Positions 37,124-47,282 of a DNA stretch of 59,266 nt are shown piece after piece. The DNA lies in assembly GCA_018818965.1 (NCBI GenBank), contig JAHJQX010000020.1, positions 1 to 59,266 of the forward strand, written 5' to 3'. The position numbers were made by a program, and so were the translations under genes. The notes under the pieces were generated by a model. The model was not told the origin of the DNA, ran no database searches, and worked only from the letters and a program-made list of their open reading frames with translations. The stretch comes from Patescibacteria group bacterium. Lineage in GTDB: Bacteria > Patescibacteriota > JABMPQ01. Numbering within the stretch: the first letter of the stretch is position 1; the number at the start of each line of letters is the position of its first letter.

Positions 37124-38521
37124 ATGTTAAAAGAGTACAAGACTATTAAAGAAATTGCTGGCCCGTTGATGATTGTAGAGAAAATTGCCGACGTTAAGTA
37201 CGACGAGCTAGTAGAAATCGAAATGTCTACGGGCGAAAAGCGTCGTGGTCGGGTTCTAGAGGTCACCGACGAGTTTGCCGCTATTCAAGTTTTTGAGGGC
37301 ACTCGAGGGCTGGGTACCAAAGGCGTAAAGGCCAAATTCCTCGGACGGGGGATTGAGCTGCCGGTTTCTAAAGAAATGCTGGGTCGAGTTTTTGATGGTT
37401 CTGGCCGACCAAAGGATGATGGCCCGGAGATTGTCCCGGATCAGAAGAAGGACATTGCGGGCGCGCCGATCAATCCTTACGCCCGTGATTTTCCTAACGA
37501 TTTTATTCAGACGGGCATTTCCACTATTGATGGTATGAATACTCTCGTGCGTGGTCAGAAACTGCCGATTTTCTCGGGCGCTGGCTTGCCTCACTCGGAA
37601 GTAGCGGCGCAGATTGCCCGTCAAGCTAAGGTGGTCGGTGAAGGGGGTCAAGAAGACGATGCACCGTTTGCCGTGGTTTTCGCGGCGATGGGCATTACCT
37701 TTGAAGAGTCTGAGTATTTTATTAATCAGTTCAAAGAAACGGGCGCGATTGAGCGAGCGGTAATGTATATGAACTTGGCTGATGACCCAGTGGTCGAGCG
37801 TATTATTTTGCCACGCTTGGCTTTAACTTGCGCAGAATATCTAGCCTTCGAGCTTAATATGCACGTTTTGGTAATTCTCACTGATCTCACTAATTATTGC
37901 GAAGCGCTGCGAGAAATCTCTGCTTCTCGTAAAGAGGTTCCTGGCCGTCGTGGTTATCCGGGATATCTTTATACCGATCTCTCAACTCTCTACGAACGAG
38001 CTGGCCGAATAAAAGGGAAAACTGGTTCAATTACACAGATTCCAATTTTGACTATGCCCGAAGACGACAAGACTCATCCAATCCCCGATCTTACTGGCTA
38101 TATCACTGAGGGACAGATTATCTTGTCTCGGGAACTACATCGTAAAGGTATCTATCCTAGCATCGATGTATTACCTTCATTGTCGCGATTGTCACAAAAG
38201 GTGATGAGTAAAAGAACGCGTGAAGATCATTCTGGTGTGGCTAATCAGCTGTTCTCTTCTTATGCTCGTGGTAAAGAAGCTAAGGAGCTAGCGGTGATTT
38301 TAGGTGAAGCGGCTCTCTCCGAGGCTGATAAGAAATTTGCCCAACTAGCCGATGAATTTGAAGATAAATTTGTCCGGCAGGCGCATGATGAAAATCGCAG
38401 TCTGGAAGAGACATTGAACCTGGGTTGGGAATTGATTAATATTTTGCCTAAGTCTGAAATGAAGAAAGTGAAACCAGAGCAGATCGAGAAGTATTTGCCG
38501 AGGAAGGAAGAGCCAAAATAA
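37124..38521 (+). CDS. ntpB: V/A-type ATPase subunit B
   Basis: 465 aa. The motifs are [23 protein letters not shown] and [21 protein letters not shown]. Confidence 0.97.
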   Translation: MLKEYKTIKEIAGPLMIVEKIADVKYDELVEIEMSTGEKRRGRVLEVTDEFAAIQVFEGTRGLGTKGVKAKFLGRGIELPVSKEMLGRVFDGSGRPKDDGPEIVPDQKKDIAGAPINPYARDFPNDFIQTGISTIDGMNTLVRGQKLPIFSGAGLPHSEVAAQIARQAKVVGEGGQEDDAPFAVVFAAMGITFEESEYFINQFKETGAIERAVMYMNLADDPVVERIILPRLALTCAEYLAFELNMHVLVILTDLTNYCEALREISASRKEVPGRRGYPGYLYTDLSTLYERAGRIKGKTGSITQIPILTMPEDDKTHPIPDLTGYITEGQIILSRELHRKGIYPSIDVLPSLSRLSQKVMSKRTREDHSGVANQLFSSYARGKEAKELAVILGEAALSEADKKFAQLADEFEDKFVRQAHDENRSLEETLNLGWELINILPKSEMKKVKPEQIEKYLPRKEEPK

Positions 38522-38543
38522 TCAGCGCGATTAGAATATATAA

Positions 38544-39170
38544 ATGGCCAAAAAATTAAACGTCAATCCAACTCGCATGGAGCTCTTGCGACTCAAGAAA
38601 CGAGTCAAGACGGCCAAGCGGGGATATAAATTACTCAAAGAAAAGCGTGATGGGCTGATGAAACAGTTCATGGCGATTATTCGTGAGGCCAAGGGAATGC
38701 GTGAGCAAGTAGAAGGCAAGATGCCGGAAGCGCTCAAGAGCTTTCTTTTTGCCTCGGCTGATATGCGACCAGAAGCACTCGAGGAATCGCTAGCTATGCC
38801 TTCACAAAAGGTGTCACTGGAGTCTGAGATCAAAAACGTCATGAGTGTCAACGTGCCGCAGTTTACTTTCAAACAAGAAGGCAAGTTTCTTTGCTATAGT
38901 TTATCTTCAACTAGCTCGCAGCTAGATGATTCGCTACGAACTTTTTCTGATTCATTGCAGGATATGATCAAGCTAGCGGAGATCGAGCATTCAGCTGCTT
39001 TGTTGGCGGAAGAAATTGAAAAAACCCGCCGCCGCGTAAACGCTCTCGAATACGTAATGATCCCAGACCTGGAAACAACGGTGCGATTTATTACTCTCAA
39101 GCTGGGTGAGCAGGAAAGAGCCGGTATTGCGATGGTGATGAGAGTTAAGGAGATGATTAAGGATCAGTAA
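38544..39170 (+). CDS. ntpD: V/A-type ATPase subunit D (central stalk)
   Basis: 208 aa. The motifs are NPTRMELLRLKKR.K.A.RGYKLLKEKRD.L and RRVNALEYV.IP.L. Confidence 0.93.
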   Translation: MAKKLNVNPTRMELLRLKKRVKTAKRGYKLLKEKRDGLMKQFMAIIREAKGMREQVEGKMPEALKSFLFASADMRPEALEESLAMPSQKVSLESEIKNVMSVNVPQFTFKQEGKFLCYSLSSTSSQLDDSLRTFSDSLQDMIKLAEIEHSAALLAEEIEKTRRRVNALEYVMIPDLETTVRFITLKLGEQERAGIAMVMRVKEMIKDQ

Positions 39171-39309
39171 CAGTAAATCCCAATTAACAATTTTCAAATT
39201 CCAAACAATATACAAATTCCAATAACCAAACTATAATAGAAAAGTGTTTGGTTTTTTGTTTATTGTAGTTTGTTTGTTATTTGTGATTCGTAATTTGGAA
39301 TTTATAAAA

Positions 39310-39987
39310 ATGCCCATCCCGCAAATATTCTACAATATCGGTTACGCTGTTTGCCACCAACTTCCGCACCGAACTTTCCATGTCCACGATCAAGCGTTGC
39401 CTTTATGTTCACGCTGCACTGGGATTTATCTCGGCATGTTTTTGACGTTTGCGTTTTATTTTGTCTGGTATTGGTTGCGTGGCCGGCGACCTACTATTCC
39501 GCCCGCCTTACCAATCATTGTCATGTCGGCTTTATTTTTTCTGGCTATGCCCTTCAATGCTATCTCACCCCACTTTGGTGTACCAACGCACAACATCGCC
39601 CGACTCATCACTGGAATATTATTTGGTTTTTCCGTCCCTTTGTTTTTGCTGCCAGTCTTCAACGATAGTCCACGCGGGAAAAATAGCGAGGAAAGGATCA
39701 TCAAAACGGGTGAGTATTTATTTTTATTTTCCGTAGTGATTTTAGTCACGGCACTAATAATTATCGAGAACGTTCTCACTCTCTATTTCGCCGCCTACGC
39801 CTCAACAACTGGCTTAATTATTTTTGCCAGTTTTCTTAACGCCACAGTCGTGAAAGAGATTTTTGAGCATTACCAGAAATTTCTCCGTAATTACTGGTAT
39901 GTAGCAATGGGAGTTATGCTAGCGGCGGGAGAGTTTACTATTCTCTTTCTCAGCCGCACTTATATCGAGCAGCAACTATTACCGTAA
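39310..39987 (+). CDS. DUF2085-family membrane protein
   Basis: GYAVCHQLPHRTFHV.DQALPLCSRCTGIYLG is the DUF2085 signature, and the protein has 5-6 TM. I prefer the ATG at 39310 over the track's GTG at 39244, whose extra 22 codons lie in AT-rich sequence that looks non-coding. Confidence 0.75.
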   Translation: MPIPQIFYNIGYAVCHQLPHRTFHVHDQALPLCSRCTGIYLGMFLTFAFYFVWYWLRGRRPTIPPALPIIVMSALFFLAMPFNAISPHFGVPTHNIARLITGILFGFSVPLFLLPVFNDSPRGKNSEERIIKTGEYLFLFSVVILVTALIIIENVLTLYFAAYASTTGLIIFASFLNATVVKEIFEHYQKFLRNYWYVAMGVMLAAGEFTILFLSRTYIEQQLLP

Positions 39988-39993
39988 ATATAT

Positions 39994-40497
39994 ATGCCAG
40001 ACAAATACGTATTCCGAAAATATACTCCGCTGTACCAGAAATATTTTGCGCAGGAGCGGAAGTTACTAAAAGATGTTCTTGGCGAGAGCGCCAATATCGA
40101 ACACGTTGGTTCTACCGCTGTGCCTGGCTTAGGTGGCAAAGAAATTGTTGATATTTTGCTTGGTGTCTCCCGCAGCGGGATAGAGACAGCTAAAACAAAA
40201 CTTGAAAAGGCTGACTATGAATTTCGCCCGCAGGCTAGCACGCCGGAGAGATTATTTTTCCGCCGAGATTATGTTGCTGGCCAACAAAAAAGGCGAGTTC
40301 ATCTTCATCTAGTAGAGCGGGTTGGGTCAGAATGGCAACAGTTTATATTTTTCCGTGATTATTTGCGGGAAAATCCCATCGCGGTCGAGGAATATATCAA
40401 AATCAAAAAAGAAGCGGTGAAAATGGCCGGCGGGGATGGGAAGAAATATCGGGAGCATAAAGAAGAATTTATCGTCAATGTGTTGCAGAAAATTTAG
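39994..40497 (+). CDS. GrpB-family protein (nucleotidyltransferase-fold, UPF0157)
   Basis: IEHVGSTAVPGLGGKEIVDILLGV, R.VHLHLVE.GS..W....FRDYLR and EY..IK match the GrpB pattern. Confidence 0.85.
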   Translation: MPDKYVFRKYTPLYQKYFAQERKLLKDVLGESANIEHVGSTAVPGLGGKEIVDILLGVSRSGIETAKTKLEKADYEFRPQASTPERLFFRRDYVAGQQKRRVHLHLVERVGSEWQQFIFFRDYLRENPIAVEEYIKIKKEAVKMAGGDGKKYREHKEEFIVNVLQKI

Positions 40498-40513
40498 TCA
40501 GACGTTCGCCAAA

Positions 40514-40547
40514 CAAAAAAAGCCCACTTTCCCAGTGGACTTTTTTG
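40514..40547. terminator. bidirectional terminator-like hairpin between convergent genes
   Basis: AAAAAAA-GCCCACT-TTCCC-AGTGGAC-TTTTTT; the 7-bp stem has one mismatch. Confidence 0.5.
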
Positions 40548-40561
40548 TTAACTAAGCGTTC

Positions 40562-40894
40562 TTAGTAAGAACTTATATCACCCAAGCCACCAGCGATTGA
40601 TCCAGTTAGAATCAAGATATAATAAACACCGCAGCAAAGGCAATAGCAGAGCATGGGGATTAGTCCCAGTAGTAAACAGACTTTACCGAATTTTTTCACT
40701 TCTTCGTTGTTTTTGCCTTTGGACATGTAGATGGCTCCAAAGATGATGCCGAAGATGCCGACCACAAAAGACAAAATGTAGAACAATACCTTCGGTTCTG
40801 GTATTGTCTCTGCTTGTGGTGCCGGCGGAGTGGCCGGAGCCTCTGGGGCGGGGTTGACTGGAGCGGGTGCGCCAGCGTTGGTTGTTTCTGCCAT
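40562..40894 (-). CDS. small two-TM membrane protein with a Pro/Ala-rich N-terminus and a Cys-rich TM2
   Basis: 110 aa. The N-terminus is APAPVNPAPEAPATPPAPQ, TM1 is FYILSFVVGIFGIIFGAIY, and TM2 is CLLLGLIPMLCYCLCCGVYYILIL. Confidence 0.65.
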   Translation of the reverse strand: MAETTNAGAPAPVNPAPEAPATPPAPQAETIPEPKVLFYILSFVVGIFGIIFGAIYMSKGKNNEEVKKFGKVCLLLGLIPMLCYCLCCGVYYILILTGSIAGGLGDISSY

Positions 40895-40903
40895 TTTTAT
40901 GTG

Positions 40904-41716
40904 TTATTTTTTATACTCTGGTTTTAGATTTTCCTCGTGAAAGCGACGTTGTTGATCTGGAACCGCGGCAATTTCTCGAGCTGCCTGGTCAAGTAGGTAA
41001 GTACCAACAGTTTCTTTTTCGGTACCGTCAAATCCCTCATCAACAGCCGCCGTCATTTCCATTAAGCTTTCCGCTGCTTCTATAATTCTACTCCGGCTTA
41101 ATCTAATTTGTCCCAGCAAAAAAGCACCATGTTTTTTCATACGTCCTCGAGCTTTATCTTCCTTTTCTCTAAGAACAGCCAAGGCTTTTAACATTTGCTC
41201 CCCTGTTTCACCCAAAGAACCTTGTTTTTGTAAGGTTTCCAGTCTTTCTTCCATCCCGTGAGCGTAGTTATTTATCGCTATCCTGAGAGCATTATCTAGT
41301 CTTTCGTAGGAACCAATTTTTCCCGGCTGAAAGCTCTTTTCTAATTCATGTTGCACCTCAACGATGGGCTTAGGAACCTCAGCTAATTTTTGTCCCAACT
41401 CAGCCGCCCCTTTTCTTCTTTCCACCCTTTCTGGATCTTGATTTTTTTCTGCTAGAATATCTAGATATAATTCCTGAGCCTGCGCTGCTAGCTCAGGATG
41501 TGTTTTTAAATTCTTTCCCGCTGGACTATTAATACTCTCTTCTACCTTCTCAGGTTTAAATATCCTACCTTCATCCAAAAACTCTCTTTGCGAAGGACAA
41601 ACAAACGGCATCCAGCCTTTTACTGTATCTCGCTCTAAGCTGACTTCAATACTTTCACCTTCTGGTTCAGCGCTTTCAGTTTCTCTCGAAGGATTCATGG
41701 GGGGATTTTCGGACAT
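40904..41716 (-). CDS. hypothetical soluble helical protein
   Basis: 270 aa with no TM and no motif I recognise. It lies 9 nt upstream of the 40894 gene, so the two probably form an operon. Confidence 0.7.
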   Translation of the reverse strand: MSENPPMNPSRETESAEPEGESIEVSLERDTVKGWMPFVCPSQREFLDEGRIFKPEKVEESINSPAGKNLKTHPELAAQAQELYLDILAEKNQDPERVERRKGAAELGQKLAEVPKPIVEVQHELEKSFQPGKIGSYERLDNALRIAINNYAHGMEERLETLQKQGSLGETGEQMLKALAVLREKEDKARGRMKKHGAFLLGQIRLSRSRIIEAAESLMEMTAAVDEGFDGTEKETVGTYLLDQAAREIAAVPDQQRRFHEENLKPEYKK

Positions 41717-41838
41717 TCTATACTAATTATGCTAATAAAAACACTGAACTTCCTTGCTCTTTTGACATTATACACTAGAATGGTGGAAAAATTAATTAAT
41801 CCTTATCCACATAAGTTATTTATTAATTAAACTGGCTG

Positions 41839-41847
41839 TGGTATAAT
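41839..41847 (+). promoter_or_regulatory. extended -10 promoter element (TGgTATAAT)
   Basis: TGGTATAAT lies 45 nt upstream of the ATG at 41892. Confidence 0.4.
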
Positions 41848-41891
41848 CTTATGGAATTTGTGACTAGATAGTAATAAGTAAATAAAAAAAT

Positions 41892-43025
41892 ATGGTTAGT
41901 GACATTAAAAAGGTTGAACCCAAGATAGAAAAAGCAGTCAAAGATAATTGGCTCAAGAAGCTTGGCCGTAAACTAAAAACAGACCGTAAGACCCAGATTA
42001 TTTTTATCGTGGTAGTTGCCGTATTAGCAGCTGGATCAGTTTTAGGTTACTATGCTGTCTCTGATGGAAATCTTAAATTCACCGATTTACAAAAAAGGGA
42101 AAAAACGGAAGATGACAGTGGCATGAAAGCTCGTCGGCTCGATGGCGTGATGGTAGAAAGTGCCGAGGCAGATAACTGGCCGGTGGCTGTAATGATTGAA
42201 AATATTACTACTGTCCGACCACAGTCAGGTTTATCAGATGCCAACGTAGTATACGAGGCTTTAGCGGAAGGTGGTATTGCTCGTTTTATGGCAATATTTG
42301 ACAAAGGTGGCACTGCAGCCAAAATTGGCCCGGTGCGTTCCGCTCGCTCATATTATCTGGAATGGTTGTCAGAGTATGATGCTCTCTATGTTTTTAGCGG
42401 TGCTTATCCACCAGTTCTGTCAGCTGTTGAGGGCTTAGAGATTAAGAATATTAATGCGATGTATTCTGGCTCCCAGTATTACTGGCGTGATAATGAAGCT
42501 TCGGCTCCACACAATATGTTTACCAATGCGGAAAAGTTGAGCTTTGCTTTGCGTGATCAGGAGCTAGATCAGAAAAAAGCGAGCTTCAAATCCTGGAAAT
42601 TCGAAGATGAAGTTGAGAAAGCCGATCGATTTGCCGGTGAGCAGGAAATCAAAATTGATTTTTCCAGTGATGGCTACAAAGTTGTCTATAAATACGATCG
42701 TGAATCTAACACTTATTTACGGTATAATCCTGAGGGAGCGGAACACACCGATCGCAATACTGGCAAGCAAATAGCTCCGAAAAATATAGTGGTAATACGC
42801 GTACCTAATAAAGTTATTGATGATCAAGGTCGTCTGGAAATGGACGTTCACGGCGAAGGAGAAGCAGTTATGTTTGCCAACGGTGAAGCTACCAAGGGCA
42901 CTTGGAAAAAGAAAGATCGCACTGATCGAACAGTTTTCTATGATGAAGGTGGTAAAGAATATAGCTTAGTACGAGGGCAGACTTGGGTAGAAGTAGTGCC
43001 ACCGGAGCGGAGCGTAACGTATTAG
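41892..43025 (+). CDS. DUF3048-domain protein (YerB-like), membrane-anchored
   Basis: The TM anchor is IIFIVVVAVLAAGSVLGYY. WPVAVMIENITTVRPQSGLSDANVVYEALAEGGIARFMAIF...IGPVRSARSYYLEW matches the DUF3048 core. Confidence 0.8.
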   Translation: MVSDIKKVEPKIEKAVKDNWLKKLGRKLKTDRKTQIIFIVVVAVLAAGSVLGYYAVSDGNLKFTDLQKREKTEDDSGMKARRLDGVMVESAEADNWPVAVMIENITTVRPQSGLSDANVVYEALAEGGIARFMAIFDKGGTAAKIGPVRSARSYYLEWLSEYDALYVFSGAYPPVLSAVEGLEIKNINAMYSGSQYYWRDNEASAPHNMFTNAEKLSFALRDQELDQKKASFKSWKFEDEVEKADRFAGEQEIKIDFSSDGYKVVYKYDRESNTYLRYNPEGAEHTDRNTGKQIAPKNIVVIRVPNKVIDDQGRLEMDVHGEGEAVMFANGEATKGTWKKKDRTDRTVFYDEGGKEYSLVRGQTWVEVVPPERSVTY

Positions 43026-43116
43026 TTGGTAAGTTGTAGTGAGTAGATCGTAGTCAATTAAAAGACATTCTTTGGTGCTCGCCCTGCTTGGTGGGCACTA
43101 TTTGTCAGCGAAATAT

Positions 43117-44391
43117 ATGCACGAATTAAAAAAACAAGACCCGGAGATCTATAATCTTATCCAGCAAGAAACAGCCCGGCAAAATGATGGTTTAGAGATG
43201 ATTCCGTCAGAAAACCATACTTCGCCCGCGGTACTGGAAGCCTTAGGTTCACGTCTTACCGATAAATACTCAGAAGGATATCCAGGGATACGTTATTATG
43301 GTGGATGTGATATTGTTGACCAGGTAGAAAATCTAGCTCGCCAGCGCGCTTGTGAACTTTTTGGCTGCGATCATGCTAATGTACAGCCTTATTCTGGCTC
43401 ACCCGCCAACATGGCAGTATATTTTGCTTTGGCTGATCCAGGCGATACGATCATGGGATTGAAATTGTTTCATGGTGGGCACATGACCCACGGTCTGAAA
43501 GTCAATTTTTCAGCTAAATATTACAATAGTGTACAATATAGCGCACGCCAAGATGGCTATCTGGATATAGATAATATGCGAGAGTTGGCCCGTAAGCATA
43601 AGCCCAAAGTTATCATTGTTGGGGGGACAGCTTATCCACGGATATATGAGTGGGATAAATACAAAGTGATTGCCGATGAGGTGGGGGCATATCTTCTCGC
43701 TGATATTAGTCATATAGCTGCTTTGGTGATTGGCAATGTACATCCCAATCCTATCGGAGTAGCTGATGTGGTGACTTCTACGACGCACAAGACTTTACGT
43801 GGTCCGCGGGGAGCGATGATCCTCTGCAACGGCCAGCCAGCAAAACCTTTGCGACCAGCCGAGCGAACCAAAGAAAATATTCCCACTTTAATTGATCGAG
43901 CAATTATTCCCGGACTGCAAGGTGGACCGCATAATCATCAAACAGGTGCGATCGCGGTGGCACTCAAAGAAGCGATGCAGCCGGAATTTAAAGAATATGC
44001 CCAGCAGGTAGTAAAAAATGCAGCGGTGTTAGCGGGGGAGTTGTTGAAAAAAGATTTTGACTTGATAACCGGCGGCACCGACAATCACCTAATTTTAATT
44101 GATATGAGTAATAAGAAAATTAGTGGCCAGCAAGCGGAGAAAGCTTTGGGTGAAGCGGGGATTACGGTTAATAAAAATACGATTCCTTTTGATAAACGTA
44201 AGCCGTTTGATCCTTCGGGAATTCGTCTAGGTACGCCAGCCTTGACAACGCGGGGAATGAAAGAGGGGGAAATGAAAACTATAGCCGGTTGGATTGATGG
44301 AGTTATCAGAAATATTAGTGATGGTAAAAAGATTGCCGCGATCAGGCAAGAGGTTTTAGAATTGACTAAAGAATTTCCTATCAGTATGTAG
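43117..44391 (+). CDS. glyA: serine hydroxymethyltransferase
   Basis: The motifs are LEMIPSENHTSPAVLEALGS.LT.KYSEGYPG.RYYGG, TSTTHKTLRGPRG (the PLP lysine) and GLQGGPHNH. I take the start at the ATG at 43117 (MHELKKQDPEIY); the track start at 43072 is a non-ATG extension. Confidence 0.95.
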   Translation: MHELKKQDPEIYNLIQQETARQNDGLEMIPSENHTSPAVLEALGSRLTDKYSEGYPGIRYYGGCDIVDQVENLARQRACELFGCDHANVQPYSGSPANMAVYFALADPGDTIMGLKLFHGGHMTHGLKVNFSAKYYNSVQYSARQDGYLDIDNMRELARKHKPKVIIVGGTAYPRIYEWDKYKVIADEVGAYLLADISHIAALVIGNVHPNPIGVADVVTSTTHKTLRGPRGAMILCNGQPAKPLRPAERTKENIPTLIDRAIIPGLQGGPHNHQTGAIAVALKEAMQPEFKEYAQQVVKNAAVLAGELLKKDFDLITGGTDNHLILIDMSNKKISGQQAEKALGEAGITVNKNTIPFDKRKPFDPSGIRLGTPALTTRGMKEGEMKTIAGWIDGVIRNISDGKKIAAIRQEVLELTKEFPISM

Positions 44392-44417
44392 CGGAATAGA
44401 TTGAAAAAGTTATTCTA

Positions 44418-44447
44418 AACGGCTAAGATTAAGTGTAGCCGTTTTTA
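44418..44447 (+). terminator. intrinsic terminator-like hairpin after glyA
   Basis: AACGGCTA-N10-TAGCCGTT followed by TTTTAA. Confidence 0.55.
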
Positions 44448-44456
44448 ATTATCCGC

Positions 44457-45764
44457 ATGAACTACCGACAAACAACTGAATATCTTTTTGGCCTGCAGCG
44501 CTTTGGCAGTAAGCTGGATTTAATCAATATCACTAAGTTGTTGGAGCTGGTAGGCAATCCGCAGCGCCAGTTCAAGTCTGTCCATGTTGGCGGCACCAGT
44601 GGGAAATTTTCGGTGGTGCAAATGACGGCCGCTATTTTGCAGGCGAGTGGTTATAAAGTCGGGACATTTATTTCACCTCATTTGTCGCGATATACGGAAA
44701 GATTTTGTATTAACGGGAAAGAAATTGACGAGACTGCGGTCATCAAATTAACAAGTCAGCTAAAAGTAGCCGCTGACAAAATGGTCGCGCTACCAGATTT
44801 TCGTCACCCGACGTTTTTTGAGATGTCGACCGCGCTGGCGTTTTTATATTTTGCCCAGCAGGAGATTGATGTGGCGGTGGTAGAAGTGGGGATGGGGGGA
44901 CGATTGGATGCGACTAATGTCTTAGAGCCACTGGTGTCGGTGATCACACACGTGGACTTGGAACACACGCATGTATTGGGGGAGACAATCGAGGCGATAG
45001 CAGGCGAGAAGGCAGGGATTGTAAAAAAGGGAGGAATATTGGTGACGGGGGAGCGAAATGAGCAAACCCTAAATGTTTTTCGCAAAGCTTGTTGGCAGCG
45101 AGAGGCCGATTTTTTGGCTTTAGATAACGATTTTACGGTTAAGATTGGGAGGCAAGATCTGGCCGGGCAGGAATTTTCGTTAAAATTTAATGAGCAACGG
45201 TATAATTTGTCTACGCCGCTATTGGGTAATGTACAAATAAAAAATGCTGCACTGGCAGTGGTGACCGCTTTGGTTTTACGTGATAAGAATTATAAAATTT
45301 CTGAGGTAGCAATCAAAGCTGGTCTCAAAGCAGTAAAATGTCCCGGCCGATTAGAAATAGCCCAAAAAAATCCTTACGTTGTTTTTGATTGTGCCAAAGA
45401 TCCGGGGGCGATATTAGAATTAAGTAAAACAATCGAGCATTTTTTTTATTTTAGTAGGTTGATTTTAGTAATGGCGGTATCTGATGATAAGAATATCAAA
45501 CAAATGGCAAAAAATATTGCGCCGCTGGCAGATTTGGTAATAGCAACCAGACATGGAGTCAAAGAGCGGGCGCTTGATCCCAGAATCATCCAAAAAGAGT
45601 TTATTGTCTGCGGTGTTGACTCAATTGTTGCCGATGATGTCAAAATGGCAGTTGCCGAATCGTTAGATCAAGCTAACGTGGATGATCTTATCCTTGTGAC
45701 TGGTTCTGTATTTACCGTTGGAGAGGCGCGGGATGTTTGGTATGATGAGGTAAGGTCGAAATAA
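44457..45764 (+). CDS. folC: bifunctional folylpolyglutamate synthase/dihydrofolate synthase (Mur-ligase family)
   Basis: 435 aa. It has the P-loop-like VHVGGTSGKFS, VVEVGMGGRLDATNV and H.DLEHT..LG.T...IA.EKAGI.K. Confidence 0.9.
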   Translation: MNYRQTTEYLFGLQRFGSKLDLINITKLLELVGNPQRQFKSVHVGGTSGKFSVVQMTAAILQASGYKVGTFISPHLSRYTERFCINGKEIDETAVIKLTSQLKVAADKMVALPDFRHPTFFEMSTALAFLYFAQQEIDVAVVEVGMGGRLDATNVLEPLVSVITHVDLEHTHVLGETIEAIAGEKAGIVKKGGILVTGERNEQTLNVFRKACWQREADFLALDNDFTVKIGRQDLAGQEFSLKFNEQRYNLSTPLLGNVQIKNAALAVVTALVLRDKNYKISEVAIKAGLKAVKCPGRLEIAQKNPYVVFDCAKDPGAILELSKTIEHFFYFSRLILVMAVSDDKNIKQMAKNIAPLADLVIATRHGVKERALDPRIIQKEFIVCGVDSIVADDVKMAVAESLDQANVDDLILVTGSVFTVGEARDVWYDEVRSK

Positions 45765-45772
45765 TAATTTTC

Positions 45773-46645
45773 ATGCAAAGATATCTCGACATAGTCGCCA
45801 ATATCCTTAAAAATGGCCATAAAAAAGAGGATCGTACCGGTACGGGCACGATTGCGATTGCCGGAGCAATGTTCCAGCACGAGATGGCCGACGGGTTTCC
45901 ATTATTGACGACCAAAAAAGTACCTTACCGCTTGGTAGCCAGCGAACTCGAGTTTTTCATCAGGGGAATCAGCGACAAAAAATGGCTCCAGGAGCGAGAT
46001 AATCACATCTGGGATGAATGGTGTACGCCGGAGAAGGTGCCTTACGCCCACGACGAAGAAACAAAGCAGAAAATGCTTAAGGAAAGAGATCTCGGCCCTA
46101 TCTACGGTTGGCAGTGGCGACATTTTGGCGCGGAGTATAAAGGCCATGATAAAGATTATACCGGCCAGGGAGTAGACCAGTTAGCTCGAATAATCCGGGA
46201 GCTCAAAGAGAAACCACACAGTCGTCAGATGCTAGTGCTAGCTTGGAATCCAATGGATGTAGAGAAGGTTGTACCACCATTTTGCCACTATGGCTGGCAA
46301 GTAACGGTAATGGATGGCAAACTTAACCTTTTCTGGAATCAACGGTCAGTGGACGTGGCGCTTGGCTTACCGTTTAATATTGCTAGTTATGCGACACTTT
46401 TACATTTATTATGCTTAGAGACAGGCTACGAAGAAGGAAGGCTAACTGGATTTTTAGCAGATACCCATATTTATCTAAATCAGATTGAAGGACTAAAAAA
46501 GCAGCTCCAACGGGATCCGAATAAATATGCTCTGTCGCAGCTCAAGACTGAAAACTTCAAATCCATATTTGACTGGGAGTACACTGATTCAAGGGTTGAG
46601 GGCTATGAGAGTTATCCAGGCATTAAATTTCCTATCGCAGTTTAG
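45773..46645 (+). CDS. thyA: thymidylate synthase (ThyA type)
   Basis: The motifs are EDRTGTGT, IWDEW, DLGPIYG.QWR, VDQL, SR.M.V.AWNP, FCHYGWQ (catalytic Cys), NQRS.DV.LGLPFNIASYA and DTHIY. There is a ~15-aa insert after WDEW. Confidence 0.95.
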   Translation: MQRYLDIVANILKNGHKKEDRTGTGTIAIAGAMFQHEMADGFPLLTTKKVPYRLVASELEFFIRGISDKKWLQERDNHIWDEWCTPEKVPYAHDEETKQKMLKERDLGPIYGWQWRHFGAEYKGHDKDYTGQGVDQLARIIRELKEKPHSRQMLVLAWNPMDVEKVVPPFCHYGWQVTVMDGKLNLFWNQRSVDVALGLPFNIASYATLLHLLCLETGYEEGRLTGFLADTHIYLNQIEGLKKQLQRDPNKYALSQLKTENFKSIFDWEYTDSRVEGYESYPGIKFPIAV

Positions 46646-46676
46646 AGATTTGGAGTTTAGTATTATTATTTTTGCA

Positions 46677-46734
46677 GCTGTGAGTGTTTGAGGAGTCATC
46701 CCGGTTCTACCGGGAGGGCGACGAGTTTCACAGC
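46677..46734 (+). other. GC-rich nested hairpin in the thyA-folA spacer
   Basis: The outer stem is GCTGTGA (46677-83) / TCACAGC (46728-34). The inner stem is CCCGGT-TCT-ACCGGG (46700-14). It sits in a 155-nt gap that is otherwise AT-rich. Confidence 0.35.
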
Positions 46735-46800
46735 CAGAAAAAGAATAACGCCAACCCTCCACCAAACCTGTAAAAGTTTATCACAAATTAACTATTCACC

Positions 46801-47280
46801 ATGATCGCTTTAATCTGTGCCGTTGCTGAAAATAATTGTATCGGCCTTAAAGGCAAACTTCCCTGGAATATCCCCGCTGATCTTAAACACTTTCAGGATA
46901 TTACTGATGGCCAGGTAGTGATTATGGGCGACGTGACCTATGAATCTATTATTGGCTATATTGGCAAGCCGCTACCGAATCGGCGCAACGTTGTTTTGTC
47001 TTTTGATAAAAACTATCAGGATAAAGTTCCAGCCGAAGTTGAGGTTTATCATAGTATTGAAGATGCGCTTAAGGCTCATGAGAGCGACGATGTCTTTTTT
47101 TGCGGTGGCGCTAGTATTTATAAACAAAGCATTGAACTGGCCGACACACTTTATATTACTCACGTTCACCAAACAGTAGACGGGGACACTTTTTTCCCCG
47201 AAATCGATCCCAAAAAATGGCAGGAAATTGAACGGGAAGATCACGAGAAATTCTCCTTTGTGGTTTATAAGCGTAAATAA
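46801..47280 (+). CDS. folA: dihydrofolate reductase
   Basis: 159 aa. The motifs are MIALICAVA.NN.IG..G.LPW.IP.DLKHF...T, MG..TYESI..PLP.R.N.VL and GGASIY. Confidence 0.93.
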   Translation: MIALICAVAENNCIGLKGKLPWNIPADLKHFQDITDGQVVIMGDVTYESIIGYIGKPLPNRRNVVLSFDKNYQDKVPAEVEVYHSIEDALKAHESDDVFFCGGASIYKQSIELADTLYITHVHQTVDGDTFFPEIDPKKWQEIEREDHEKFSFVVYKRK

Positions 47281-47282
47281 CT

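Noticed and set aside
39176-39309. An AT-rich imperfect inverted repeat follows ntpD, and the track gives a GTG-initiated 22-codon N-terminal extension for the DUF2085 ORF (39244).
   Set aside because: The arms share only their ends (AAATTCCAAA ... AACCAAAC) and differ greatly in length, so no stable defined structure forms. The extension translates low-complexity AT-rich sequence, while the ATG at 39310 begins right at the conserved DUF2085 N-terminus.
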